Shown: piece after piece, positions 41,047 to 51,579 of the stretch
Layout: each line of letters starts with the position of its first letter
Numbering within the stretch: the first letter of the stretch is position 1
Assembly (NCBI GenBank): GCA_963806705.1
Contig: CAWDZE010000008.1
Span: forward strand, 104,700 to 168,699
Direction of reading: 5' to 3'
DNA: 64,000 bases
Source: Vicinamibacteria bacterium
GTDB taxonomy: Bacteria; Acidobacteriota; Vicinamibacteria; Vicinamibacterales; JAENWD01
Position numbers and translations under genes: made by a program
Notes under the pieces: generated by a model
Databases searched by the model: none
What the model was told of the DNA's origin: nothing
Seen by the model: only the letters and a program-made list of their open reading frames with translations

Positions 41047-41356
41047 ATGGACTACGACACCGATCGACTGACCGCTCTCCAAACCAGGGCAGCCCACCAA
41101 AGGGAGCGCGCGCTCGCTCTGAATGAACTGCTACAACAGCCAAGTGCCCGAGTTCACCTGGTCGCGCCGGCAGTCAGGCACATCGATGACGTACTTCAGC
41201 CTTTGGTTGCCTCAGGCGGCCAAAGCGAATACCCCCGAGGTCGAGACCCTCGCGCTAGGCAGCGCTGAGATGTTCCTGGGTCTCGCCGACAGCATCCTGG
41301 ACCACGCTCAGAAAATGCTTGATACGTACGGGTCTCACGTGGTGGCGATAGGGTAA
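41047..41356 (+). CDS. Hypothetical helical protein; frameshift near 41200
   Basis: MDYDTDRL...IDDVLQ joined to LWLPQAAKA...LDTYGSHVVAIG. Confidence 0.45.
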
Positions 41357-41518
41357 GTCAGTGCAGCATGTGGTCGGTCAATCGTCATGGTTCTTTTGCC
41401 CGCTGCTGAGGCGTCCTCTTTCATAGAAGAGATGCGACCCGGCAGATGCAGTTGCTATCGCAAAAATCCTTGTTTACGAGGCAGCCAGCACGGCACACGT
41501 CTTGCCACCCTGTTCGAC

Positions 41519-41671
41519 GTGCCTGAGACTCTAATTTGCCCATGTTGTCAGTCGACCAGAGTCGTGGTGCTCTGGTTCAAATGCGATGACTGCGGAGCCG
41601 TGACCGCGCGGCAGCACGAGCTGCCGTACGCCCGAGAAAAGCGCGATCGTCGCCAGGAGCCACGGGAGTGA
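41519..41671 (+). CDS. Small Zn-ribbon protein
   Basis: ICPCCQS...FKCDDCG. Confidence 0.5.
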   Translation: MPETLICPCCQSTRVVVLWFKCDDCGAVTARQHELPYAREKRDRRQEPRE

Positions 41672-41733
41672 CCGATCATCCAGCGAGAGCTCGATCACCG
41701 CCGGCTCGCCTCCAGTCGTCGCGCCAGCGGACC

Positions 41734-42246
41734 GCCACTTTCAATCTCGATGTCGATTACGCGATGCTTCAGAAGATTTATCGTCACCGGCCGAATTCGT
41801 TGAAGTCTTTCGGAGGGCGAACCTTTTTGAGCGAACGCCGCTTGGCCCAGCCCGAAATCAGCTTTCCAAACATGAAGTACACGATGCCCTGGACGATGAC
41901 GGCTGCTCCGTGGGCCAACACGAAACTATCAGACTCCGGAATCCCAACGAACGAGGCGAGTACAACGACGGAGAAGACGGTGGCGATCCACACGGGCATG
42001 CACGTAACGAGCAGTACGAGCAGCAGCGCTTCTCCGAGCGGATTGCCTGTAAGGAAGTCTGGCACGACGGAGCCTTCGACGGGATTGACCCGCCACACGG
42101 CGGTCAGGATCATCAGGGCTATCCCGATGCCTGAGGTCACCAAGGCAATCCGGTCGGTCCAGAATTTCTTCATGGCTGGCAGTGCGCAGCAGGACCAGGT
42201 CGCCGCACCCGCCGCACGTCAGCGATTTTCAAAGTAGCCCACTACC
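41734..42246 (+). mobile_element. IS1-family remnant (transposase fragment plus terminal IR)
   Basis: DVDYAMLQKIY peptide (41734-41781) and TTTCAAAGTAGCCCACTACC end (42227-42246); both resemble IS1-family elements (from memory). Confidence 0.45.
41784..42173 (-). CDS. Hypothetical membrane protein
   Basis: 3-4 TM helices, basic C-terminus. Confidence 0.6.
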   Translation of the reverse strand: MKKFWTDRIALVTSGIGIALMILTAVWRVNPVEGSVVPDFLTGNPLGEALLLVLLVTCMPVWIATVFSVVVLASFVGIPESDSFVLAHGAAVIVQGIVYFMFGKLISGWAKRRSLKKVRPPKDFNEFGR

Positions 42247-42669
42247 GGGCATCACAGAACGTCGCAATCGACGCGCGATCCCCTCCGAGGCCGCCGGACG
42301 TTGGGCCGGTGCGAGGGTGATGGTAGCACCGGCCCTCGTCGGGCCGGCGGCTGGCGTCGGTGTTGGCGTGGTTTCGTCGTCACGTCACGCGCAACGGCCG
42401 GGCGCTGGCGCGACACTGGAACGGCATCAATGACCGGAACAGATTGAGTTGACGATCCCGATGTTGCCTGGTTCCGGCAACGCTTCAAACCGCGCGAGGT
42501 TCGAGGCGTCACCGTGATCGTCGTTGAAATTCCTGGGCGACTTGCTCCGCCAGGTCGAAGCAGCAGTGGTTGTCGGGGGAAGGCGCCGCCCTCGGAGCAT
42601 CCGGCAGGTGTTACTGACACGTTCGAGGAGAGGTGGCCGGCCTGACGGTCTCCAACGCGATAGCAAGGC

Positions 42670-45285
42670 TCATCGGAGGCCCGTCACCCGGTACAGATCG
42701 GAGCGGTACTCTTGATACCCGTATACGTACGCCGAGCGGTCGGGAGTCATCAAAGCCTGAACGAGTCCGTAGACGCCGGCACTGTCGGGCGGCAGCAGTT
42801 CGCGAACCAGTTGGCGGCGGCCGCCTTCGAGATCGATCGCGGAGATCCTGGCCGGCAACGAGCCCGCGTTGAACACCAGGAGACGGCGTCCGTCCGGCGT
42901 CCACTGGATGGGTAGCTCGCTCGGGCCGCACCCCGGCACCGCCCGCGATTCTCCTCCATCGAGCGGCACCAAGAGGATCTCGCCGCTGGCGACAGAGGCC
43001 GCCACGAAGCGCCCATCCGGGGAGACCGGTGACAGCGACCGGTTGCCCCAACTGGCGAACCGCAGCTCGAGCGATTCGGAAATGCGCCGCACACCACCTC
43101 TCGAGAAGCTGGTCACGCTCGCGACGCTACGGCCCTGCGCGTCGTTGGCCAATACCAGCACTCCGTCACCGTCCGGCAGCCATCGCGCCGCGGTGACCAT
43201 GGGAAAGCCGGTTTCGATCGTCCGTTCTTTGCCGGCTGCGGTGGGCATCGCGACGACGGTGCCCCCTCGGATGGCCAGCGCCCAGTTCCCGTCGCGGGAG
43301 AGCTCTTGCGGCAGCCCGTAACCGAGACGGACGGGCGAGGAGCCGTCCATGAGGCGGAGAAAGACGGCGGTGCGGCCGGGATCCCGCTCGGACGTGACGC
43401 GGAGCAGCACCTTCCTTCCGTCGGTCGATAGATCCACCGCGCCCGATCCTTCCAGCCAGGAGAGATCGCGCTCCACAGGTTCCGCTTGTGTTCGGCCGAG
43501 CACGTGGTTCACCAACGTCACGTGCGCGATGAGTGCTGCCGAAGTAGTCGGCGCGTCGAGGAGGACCAGCGTGCCCACGGCAGACAACAGGATCCTCAGC
43601 TTGTTGCTCCGGTCGACTGCGTAGAGGCTCGAAGCCATACCGGCGCGTGCGGCGGCAAACCAGATCTCGCGGCCGTCAGGCGACCACACCAGGTTCCACC
43701 AGTCGGCCCAGTCCTTCGACAGAATCTGCCGCTGGCCGGAACGATCGACAAGGACGACCGACCACAGGCCCGACGCATCCAGCTCGAAGAAGGCCACGCT
43801 GTCGCCGTCTGGCGACACACGAGGCGCGAAGATCCGGGATGCCGACTCGTAGAGCGTCGTTCCCAGGGGGTATTCCAACCGCTGCCTGCTTCCGACAACC
43901 CTGAGCGCCGCCAGACTCGCGCCGTCCGGTGCCCAGTCGGCGCCAGAGACGTTCTCGGCGAGCTCCCGCGGTGTTCCCCCGCTGGCAGCCACCACGGCCA
44001 GCGTGCCGTAGTTGACGTACGGATTTCCCGTTTCCACGCGTGGCAGGAGCAGGGCGAGCTCCCCTGATCGCGACACCGAGAGCAGCTCGGCGTTCGGGAA
44101 CCCGACCGGCAATTCGCGGGCCTGCGGCTGCACCTGGAAGACTTCCCGCGCCCCTCTCCAGGCCGCGCTCAGGAAAACCGTCTGCCTGTCAGGAGCGAAG
44201 CGGGCGTTGACGAAGTGGCCCGCCTGGTAGGTGAGGCGCTCGAAGGCAACCGGAGCCGCCGCAATTGCGGCTGGGTCGGGGCCGGAAGGCCACCCTGCGA
44301 ACCGCCCCAACGCGAAGCCGAGTGCGAGCAGAGCCACGGCAGATACGACGGTCAGGGGCCGCCCGGCGCGCGCACGCACCGCGGACATGACTCCGGCCGG
44401 TGGGACGGGCGCGTCGGCCTTGTGGCTCGCACCTTGCGCAAGCTCGTCGAGCGCGACGCGCGCCTCGCCGATGTCGCGCAGGCGCTGCCTCGGGTTCCGT
44501 TCGAGACATCGCTCCAACAGCCACCGCAGCCGTGGTGGCGTGCCGGCGGGCAACGCGCGCCAGTCGATCTCCTGGAGCAGCACGGCAGCGAGCACGTCCG
44601 AGGTCGCATCTCCCGCGAAGGTTCGCCTGCCGGCCAGCATTTCGAAGAGGACGACGCCGAAGGCCCAGATATCGGCGCGGCGATCGACCGCCTTCCCGCG
44701 CGCCTGCTCGGGGGCCATATAGGCGGCCGAACCGATTATCGTCCCGTGCTGTGTGGCGCGCGCTGTGAATGTCGGTGAGTTGCCGACGCCGGCCAGCCCG
44801 GTCGGATCCAGCGCCTTCGCCAACCCGAAGTCGAGCACCTTGACGATGCCGTCTGGGCTAACCTTGACGTTGGCCGGCTTGAGGTCGCGGTGGACGATCC
44901 CGTGCTCGTGCGCCGCTTCGAGCGCCTCGGCGATCTGTTTTGCGATCGGCAACGCCTCCTCGAGCGGGATCGGCCCGTCCGCGATGCGCGCCGAGAGGTC
45001 TTGGCCGTCGATGAACTCCATCACGAGCGCTTGCTCGCCGCTCGACTCCTCGAGGCCGAACACCGTCGCGATGTTCGGATGGTGAAGCTGGGCCAGAAGC
45101 TGCGCCTCCAGCGTGAACCGCTGCAGACGCTCGCCGTTCTCGATAAACGCCGCGGGGAGCACCTTGATCGCGACGTCGCGATTCAATTTCGTATCGCGCG
45201 CGCGGTAGACCTCTCCCATTCCGCCCGCGCCGATGGCCTCGAGGATCACGAAAGGTCCAAGCCGGGTTGACGGAATCAGGGCCAT
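42670..45285 (-). CDS. Hanks-type Ser/Thr protein kinase with TM and PD40 beta-propeller
   Basis: GAGGMGEVY, HRDLKPAN, DFGLAK, YMAPEQ, DIWAFG; repeated (W/F)SPDG. Confidence 0.96.
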   Translation of the reverse strand: MALIPSTRLGPFVILEAIGAGGMGEVYRARDTKLNRDVAIKVLPAAFIENGERLQRFTLEAQLLAQLHHPNIATVFGLEESSGEQALVMEFIDGQDLSARIADGPIPLEEALPIAKQIAEALEAAHEHGIVHRDLKPANVKVSPDGIVKVLDFGLAKALDPTGLAGVGNSPTFTARATQHGTIIGSAAYMAPEQARGKAVDRRADIWAFGVVLFEMLAGRRTFAGDATSDVLAAVLLQEIDWRALPAGTPPRLRWLLERCLERNPRQRLRDIGEARVALDELAQGASHKADAPVPPAGVMSAVRARAGRPLTVVSAVALLALGFALGRFAGWPSGPDPAAIAAAPVAFERLTYQAGHFVNARFAPDRQTVFLSAAWRGAREVFQVQPQARELPVGFPNAELLSVSRSGELALLLPRVETGNPYVNYGTLAVVAASGGTPRELAENVSGADWAPDGASLAALRVVGSRQRLEYPLGTTLYESASRIFAPRVSPDGDSVAFFELDASGLWSVVLVDRSGQRQILSKDWADWWNLVWSPDGREIWFAAARAGMASSLYAVDRSNKLRILLSAVGTLVLLDAPTTSAALIAHVTLVNHVLGRTQAEPVERDLSWLEGSGAVDLSTDGRKVLLRVTSERDPGRTAVFLRLMDGSSPVRLGYGLPQELSRDGNWALAIRGGTVVAMPTAAGKERTIETGFPMVTAARWLPDGDGVLVLANDAQGRSVASVTSFSRGGVRRISESLELRFASWGNRSLSPVSPDGRFVAASVASGEILLVPLDGGESRAVPGCGPSELPIQWTPDGRRLLVFNAGSLPARISAIDLEGGRRQLVRELLPPDSAGVYGLVQALMTPDRSAYVYGYQEYRSDLYRVTGLR

Positions 45286-45543
45286 TGGCAGAGTGCGACG
45301 TCGTCATCGGCCACGTGACGTGGTTTCTTGGTCGTGGCGGCAGCGAGGCGCAGTTCGCAGCCTGGCGGCGAATGATCCTCGGAAATGGCTGCGCCCGCCC
45401 CGACGACTCTCATGATTCCGGTTCTTCCGGGCATCGTCTTACCATGGATGAGCTGGATCGATCCTACAGCCAAAGCTGTGCACGAAGACGACTTTTGTGG
45501 TTCCCGGCGATCCCTCCTTCTCCGAAGGATTTCACGAGTGGGG

Positions 45544-45607
45544 GTCGTGCCGAGTCGTGCCGAATCCTGCCGAGTCGTGCCGGGAGTGTTCCGGTGAGTG
45601 TTCCGGT
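45544..45607. repeat. Short tandem repeats: 4x 10-bp GTCGTGCCGA-like plus 2x GAGTGTTCCGGT
   Basis: Read directly in the intergenic sequence; resembles integrase arm/accessory sites. Confidence 0.7.
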
Positions 45608-45697
45608 GGCGCCGGGCACACCCCAACCGGCGAAGCCTCGAGGGGACCTGACCGTCTCTTGAGACCCGACTAGATGGTCGAAGTGGCTGCCGCCTGA

Positions 45698-46501
45698 CTA
45701 CAAGCCGAACCCCCCCTGCAGCACGCCGTTCCACCAACCGCTGACCGCCAGCGTGCCCGCGCTCGCATACACGGCAACGAGCGCGACGTAGCCGCCAGTC
45801 AACCAGATGTCGAGTCGCGCGTTCACCCACGTGCGCGCCGCGACGAGGATCAACCCCAGCGCGAAGATCGGTCCGAAGATCCCTGGCCATCCCGTCTGGC
45901 CGAACACGGGATAGAAGACCGGCATCCGCACCGTCGCGCCCGCCAGAATGCTGAGGCTTGCGAGCAGCATCATCGCGCGATGCCGCTCGGGCCGCCGGCG
46001 CCAGAGCAGCCCGGCGCCAAGCAGCGTGGTGAACGCCGCCATCTCGGCGAACATCACCAGCAGAAACTCCTTGTACGCCATGCCCCAGAACTGGAACACA
46101 GGCGTCAGCCGCACCGACGCCACCGCCAGCAGCGTGCCGCTGACGGCCACCCCGAGCCCCACCGCTGCCACGCCCCAGCCAAGCCGCATATGCACGCGCC
46201 GTCGTCCGGTCGGCACGAGCGTCGCCTGCACGAAGAAGAGCACGAACCACGCCGTCGCGAGCCCGCCGTGGATGGCCACAAGCGTCAGCACCCCGGGCGC
46301 AATCAGTCGCTCGCCCTGGCCCACGCCACGCAGGTAGTACGGATGAAAGCCAGCCACGGTCAACGCAAGCATCACGAGCGCGGCAGTGGTGTGAAGGTAC
46401 CGGCGCACGGTGACGACGCCGGCGCCAGGCGAGACACGATGAACGACTCCGGTTGACAATGCAGGACCCCTGGTTGAATGACCGGAATCAACGAGAGGCA
46501 A
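45698..46501 (-). CDS. Hypothetical integral membrane protein (6-7 TM, His-containing)
   Basis: GFHPYY, IHGGLATAW..VQATL..VHMRLG, HRAMMLLAS. Confidence 0.8.
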   Translation of the reverse strand: MPLVDSGHSTRGPALSTGVVHRVSPGAGVVTVRRYLHTTAALVMLALTVAGFHPYYLRGVGQGERLIAPGVLTLVAIHGGLATAWFVLFFVQATLVPTGRRRVHMRLGWGVAAVGLGVAVSGTLLAVASVRLTPVFQFWGMAYKEFLLVMFAEMAAFTTLLGAGLLWRRRPERHRAMMLLASLSILAGATVRMPVFYPVFGQTGWPGIFGPIFALGLILVAARTWVNARLDIWLTGGYVALVAVYASAGTLAVSGWWNGVLQGGFGL

Positions 46502-46568
46502 GCGCCTCGATGCTTCGCCGATGGCGTCGGTATGGTATCAAAAGACGAGCTGCCCTACTGGCTCGCGA

Positions 46569-46626
46569 ACACCAAGCCAGCGGGCCTGTTCGATAGGCTA
46601 TCCAACTGGATGGCGTCCCCGACGGG
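46569..46626 (+). mobile_element. att-like junction with a 16-bp direct repeat of the tRNA-Glu 3' end
   Basis: TGGCGTCCCCGACGGG (46611-46626) is identical to 51580-51595; translates as TKPAGLFDRLSNWMASPTG. Confidence 0.75.
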
Positions 46627-46860
46627 CCTGACACCCTTTCCCGCAGACCGGCGCGCGCGGCCGTCGTTCCTGGTCGGGAGCGTTAGTCGCGCGGCTTGAT
46701 AGCTGCTCTCGACTATGTCCCTTCTGGCCCTACGGCAGGTTTACGGGGCCGCGACAAGCCCATACCCAGTGGTGCGCTCGGCGTTTCCGACGGCGTCGAA
46801 CCACGACCAAGAACGGCGATGAGGAGGTGATGAGATCGCCTACACTCCGGCAACCGCCGA

Positions 46861-47658
46861 ATGGAGGTCTGGATGACCGTCGGCCCAGATGTGCCTGACT
46901 ACTCGCGACCATCGGTCGACGTCGACCGCCGAACCGACGCCGACTGGGAATGGGGCGTTACTCATACCGTTCGGCCCGAGAGGCTCGCGCCGATGTTACC
47001 GGATGTGGAATACAGCATCACCGTCAAGGTCCAGCGAGCGGTGACGGAGGCTGGTTGCGAGACGACGTTTGCAGGCTTGTATGCGCGAGCCATCACAATC
47101 GCGGGCGCCAGATGCCATGACTTCGGTCGGCAAGACCAGGGCGTGCATCACTGGGTCATGTGCCACGCCTGGCGCACCGTGCCAGCAGGAAGCAGCTCCA
47201 TCGCCTTGGCCATCGTCATGATGGGACTGATGCGGCCCACCTCGGGCGAGATGCCACCGCCCGGGAAGCCGGCGCCCACGAGACAGGAGCTGATGACGAA
47301 CGGGGGTGCAACGATGGAGGAGATGCAGCACCGATCTCCGCAGCGTGCAACGGAGGTATTCGTGGAATTCGATCATCGTCCCCCGGCAGCGGGTGGCGCG
47401 CCGCTCTTCATGTATTCATATGGCGAGCGGGTGGCGGTGGATTCCGTCGATAGCTTTGAACCGTTCGTGCAGCGGGCGGAGAATAACGCTCGCGCGCACC
47501 AGCAGCTGTTCGACGTGCCAGGCACGCCGGCGTTACCGTTCTCAATTGCCCACCGTGAGTGGTACATGGCCGATAACCTTGTCACGGTGGAACTCCACCT
47601 GAGGCATTACGCGAGGGTCGTCAGGCGAGGTAACCATCGCCGGCCGGTTCACCCATGA
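46861..47658 (+). CDS. Hypothetical protein
   Basis: 265-aa ORF with protein-like composition; likely start at 46873 after GGAGG. Confidence 0.6.
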   Translation: MEVWMTVGPDVPDYSRPSVDVDRRTDADWEWGVTHTVRPERLAPMLPDVEYSITVKVQRAVTEAGCETTFAGLYARAITIAGARCHDFGRQDQGVHHWVMCHAWRTVPAGSSSIALAIVMMGLMRPTSGEMPPPGKPAPTRQELMTNGGATMEEMQHRSPQRATEVFVEFDHRPPAAGGAPLFMYSYGERVAVDSVDSFEPFVQRAENNARAHQQLFDVPGTPALPFSIAHREWYMADNLVTVELHLRHYARVVRRGNHRRPVHP

Positions 47659-47673
47659 AGCTTTCCCGCAAGC

Positions 47674-47748
47674 ATGGCGTCCCACAGCATTCCGAGTTGG
47701 AACCAGATCGAGCGGTTTTTGCAGGATATGGCGCAATTGCGACAATAG
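47674..47748 (+). mobile_element. att-like junction / alternative recombinase tail (MASHSIPSWNQIERFLQDMAQLRQ)
   Basis: Starts with the ATGGCGTCCC core; the downstream part matches 22472-22504. Confidence 0.6.
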
Positions 47749-47993
47749 GCCGAGTCATCAGCCTAAACCTGCTATGGGAGTGCCCAACGACTGACTTCGA
47801 GCGGGCCGCCTTTGCATCCCTTAGCGGTGTGAACCGGAGGTACCCAGTTCCGAAGGTTGACAAAGCTCGGTCGAGGACCTGTGCGTGTGGTGGGGCAACC
47901 TCGGCCTTCTGTGCCCGGGACGGAGCGCCGTAAAGCTTTGAACGGAGGGCGTTCCGCTCGCGGCGAGGGGGGATTTCCGCTCGATCCTGGACG

Positions 47994-50631
47994 TCAACGA
48001 GGCTCGAGGGTCGCGCTCACTTTCACGAGCTTGCCCGTGTTCACCTGCACGGAGGCCGTCCATCGCGCGTGGCCTGGGCTCTCGATCCAAATCACGTGAG
48101 CGCCGGCGGTGACGCCCGTCAGTTGAAGAGGAGTCTCGCCGACACGCTGGCGGTCCAGGAAAACGGTGCCACCCGCTGGATTCGACTGGACGGCAAGCGC
48201 TCCTGCGAAGACAGGTGGTGCGCTTGGATCTCCTCCTGCGGGCTGTGGCCTTCGAGCGCGATGTTGGGTCGCCGCCTTTGAAGACGTTGCCTTTCGGGAC
48301 GCCGACTTGGTCGCGGCCGGGATCACTCTGGGCGTCGTCGGCGCGGCCGTGGCGAGGGGTGTCGGGGCCGGGGGAATCGGTACATCCACGGCAGGACTGG
48401 GCAACACCGGACTCGAGGCCGCCGTTGCAATGTGCGCCTCGGACTTGTGCTGTGTCACAGCGGCCTGAACGGGGGGACGTGCCCAGCGCGCCGCGAGGCC
48501 GCTGCCAACAACGACTAGCGCCAATATCCCTACCACACCGGTCGCGACTGCGAGACGTCCGATGGTACGCTTCGGCTCGCCGAGTCGAGATCCGTCGCCG
48601 TTGGAACCCCCAGCATCGACAGAAACCAGCGGGAGGGGTGCCGCTGGCTCGTCAGCGCGATCGTGAAGGGCCTGCCCCACGATTGGTTCCGCCGCCTGGG
48701 TGAGGGAGTGTTCTCGTGCAAGCAGTGCAGCGATTCGCGTCTTCACGCGCGACACGACCGCGGCGAGGCGGTCGGCTTGGGCCAGACCGGCGGCGATTCT
48801 CTCCGCCGTCTGGGAGAGTGAGTGTTCTCGTTCAAGTAGCGTCGCGATCCGCGTCTCCACACCCGACACGACCGCGGCGAGGCGGTCGGCTTCGGCCAGA
48901 CCGGGAGCAATCCGATCCGCCGCGTGGGTGAGGGAGTGTTCTCGGTGTTCCAGGGTGGCGATCCGCGTCTCCACGCGCGACACGACTTCTGCGAGGCGTT
49001 CGGCTTCGGCCAGACCGGGGCCGATCCTCTCCGCCGTCTGGGTGAGTGAGTGTTCTCGTTCAAGTAGCGTCGCGATCCGCGTCTCCACGCCGGACACAAC
49101 CGTTGCCAGGCGGTCGGCTTCGGCCAGGCCGGGGCCGATCCTCTCGGCCGCCTGGATGAGTGAGTGTTCTCGTTCAAGTAGCGTCGCGATCCGCGTCTCC
49201 ACACCCGACACAACCGTTGCCAGACGGTCGGCTTCGGCCAGACCCGGAGGGATCCGGTCCGCCGCGTGGGTGAGGGAGTGTTCTCGTTCTTCCAGGGTGG
49301 CGATCCGGGTCTCCACGCCCGACACGACCGCGGCGAGGCGGTCGGCTTCGGTCAGACCGGCGCCGATCCTCTCGGCCGTCTGGGTGAGTGACTGTTCTCG
49401 TTCAAGTAGCGTCGCGATCCGGATTTCCACACCCGACACGACCGCGGCGAGGCGGTCGGCTTCGGCCAGACCGGGGCCGATCCTCTCCGCCGTCTGGGTG
49501 AGTGAGTGTTCTCGTTCAAGTAGCGTCGCGATCCGGGTCTCCACGCCGGACACAACCGTTGCCAGACGGGCCGGCTTCGGCGAGACCCGGCGCGATCCGA
49601 TCCGCCGCGTGGGTGAGGGAGTGTTCTCGTTCTTCCAGGGTGGCGATCCGCGTCTCCACACCCGACACAACCGTTGCCAGACGGTCGGCTTCGGCCAGAC
49701 CCGGAGCGATCCGGTCCGCCGCGTGGGTGAGGGAGTGTTCTCGTTCTTCCAGGGTGGCAATCCGCGTCTCCACACCCGACACAACCGTTGCCAGACGGTC
49801 GGCTTCGGCCAGACCCGGAGCGATCCGGTCCGCCGCGTGGGTGAGGGAGTGTTCTCGTTCTTCCAGGGTGGCGATCCGGGTCTCCACGCCCGACACGACC
49901 GCGGCGAGGCGGTCGGCTTCGGTCAGACCGGCGGCGATCCTCCCGGCCGTCTGGGTGAGTGACTGTTCTCGTTCAAGTAGCGTCGCGATCCGGATTTCCA
50001 CACCCGACACGACCGCGGCGAGGCGGTCGGCTTCGGCCAGACCAGGAGCAATCCGATCCGCCGCGTGGGCGAGGGACTGTTCTCGTTCAAGTAGCGTCGC
50101 GATCCGCGTCTCCACGCCGGACACAACCGTTGCCAGACGGTCGGCTTCGGCGAGACCCGGAGCGATCCGATCCGCCGCGTGGGTGAGGGAGCGTTCTCGT
50201 TCTTCCAGGGTGGCGATCCGCGTCTCCACGCCCGACACGACCGCGGCGAGGCGGTCGGCTTCGGCCAGACCGGCGGCGATCCTATCCGTCTGATCTCCGA
50301 ATCCCGCCAGGACTCCTTCGAGTTGCGTCGTCATCGCGCCGAACGCGCCCTCGTCGAGTCGAGCGACGTTTGTTTGGCCCGGTGCAAGGGGCTGATCTGG
50401 TTCGGCGACCTTCTGAATGCGCGCTTCCAAGCCAACCACGCGCTCCTCGCGTCGGTTGATCTCGATCGGTGTCGGCTCGAAGAAGGTTTTGTTGAGGGTC
50501 GAAGACCTCGAATTCGAGTCGTCCCGGGGTTTCGGCGGTGCTGGCCTGATCGACGCTTGACGCCCGCGGCTCGGCACCGGGCTTTTTCTTTGGGCTAAAG
50601 AACGAGAAGACATCTGGCGCCACGGCCACAC
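47994..50631 (-). CDS. Membrane protein with 14x38-aa cytoplasmic coiled-coil repeats, TM, Pro/Ala linker and C-terminal PEGA domain; 1-bp frameshift near 49568
   Basis: ORFs 49516-50631 and 47994-49784 join within repeat 7; LAVQSNPAGGTVFLD..VGETPL..GAHVIWIESPGH is a PEGA domain. Confidence 0.75.
48693..50289 (-). repeat. Coding tandem repeat, 14 units of 114 bp
   Basis: Unit ADRIAPGLAEADRLAAVVSGVETRIATLEEREHSLTHA; counted in the translations. Confidence 0.92.
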
Positions 50632-51124
50632 CTCTTGTCGTCTGCACGCCTAACGTGCGCGTGGTGGTTTCTTCTCCGGGGCGGCCTCCGGAGTTGGAGA
50701 CTTGAACCCGGCCCAAAGAATACTCGGCTTGTGGCGGTTGGTGAAAGTTTCGGGGCGGTCTTGTCGCTGCCTCAGCCGTCGCCCAGCCTCGCGAATCCGA
50801 TACAGTCTCGCTTGAATTGGCAGAGGCAATCCTCAGATCCAGCCAGGCAGCTCATCAATTCAGAGTGGAAACGATGTCCCCAATGACACTCCTGTGGAAT
50901 ACGCGTTGTCGGCTGTGCAGCACGTCACCGGCGTGGTGGACGGCGGGGCTTTGCTGGGGGTTGTTTCTCGCATGGCTCCTTGCGGACGGGCTCACCGCCT
51001 CATTGCTCCGCTTTGTCACGCAGCCATTTCACGCCCTTTTCGCTGCAAGCGGCGTTGCAGTCCCGTCTGATGCGCTTGTTGCGGTTGGGAGGGCGATTTA
51101 CTCGAAGGCGCTCGCGGGACCTAC

Positions 51125-51540
51125 GTGGCCACGCTGGTGGAGCGTCAGTCACGGTATGTGATGCTGGCACGCGTACCGAATAAAGAAACGCAGACCGTGG
51201 TCCGCGCCATCGCCCGGCGAATCCGGCGCTTGCCGCACGGGCTGGCCAAGTCCCTGACGTGGGATCAAGGTACGGAATTCGCCGCGCACCGTTGCATTTA
51301 CGATGGCCACCAACGTCCACGTCTATTTCTGCGATCCTCAGAGCCCGTGGCAACGAGGGTCGAATGAAAACACCAATGGGCTGCTGCGCCAGTACCTGCC
51401 ACACGCGGCGGACCTCTCTTGTTACAGCCAGGCGCAGCTCGACGCGATCGCGACGAGGCTTAACACGCGGCCTCGCATGACACTCGCGTATCAAACGCCC
51501 GCGGCTAAACTAGCGGAGATCGTTGCGTCGATGCGTTGAA
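51125..51540 (+). mobile_element. IS30-family transposase, 3' fragment (frameshifted)
   Basis: TLVERQSRY, SLTWDQGTEF, YFCDPQSPWQRGSNENTNGLLRQYLP, LNTRPR. Confidence 0.9.
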
Positions 51541-51579
51541 CCCACTTTACCTATGTGTCCGGAATGGACCGATCTGATT

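Noticed and set aside
48693..50289. Long regular repeat as a CRISPR array
   Set aside because: Units are contiguous 114-bp in-frame coding repeats with no unique spacers, and there are no cas genes.
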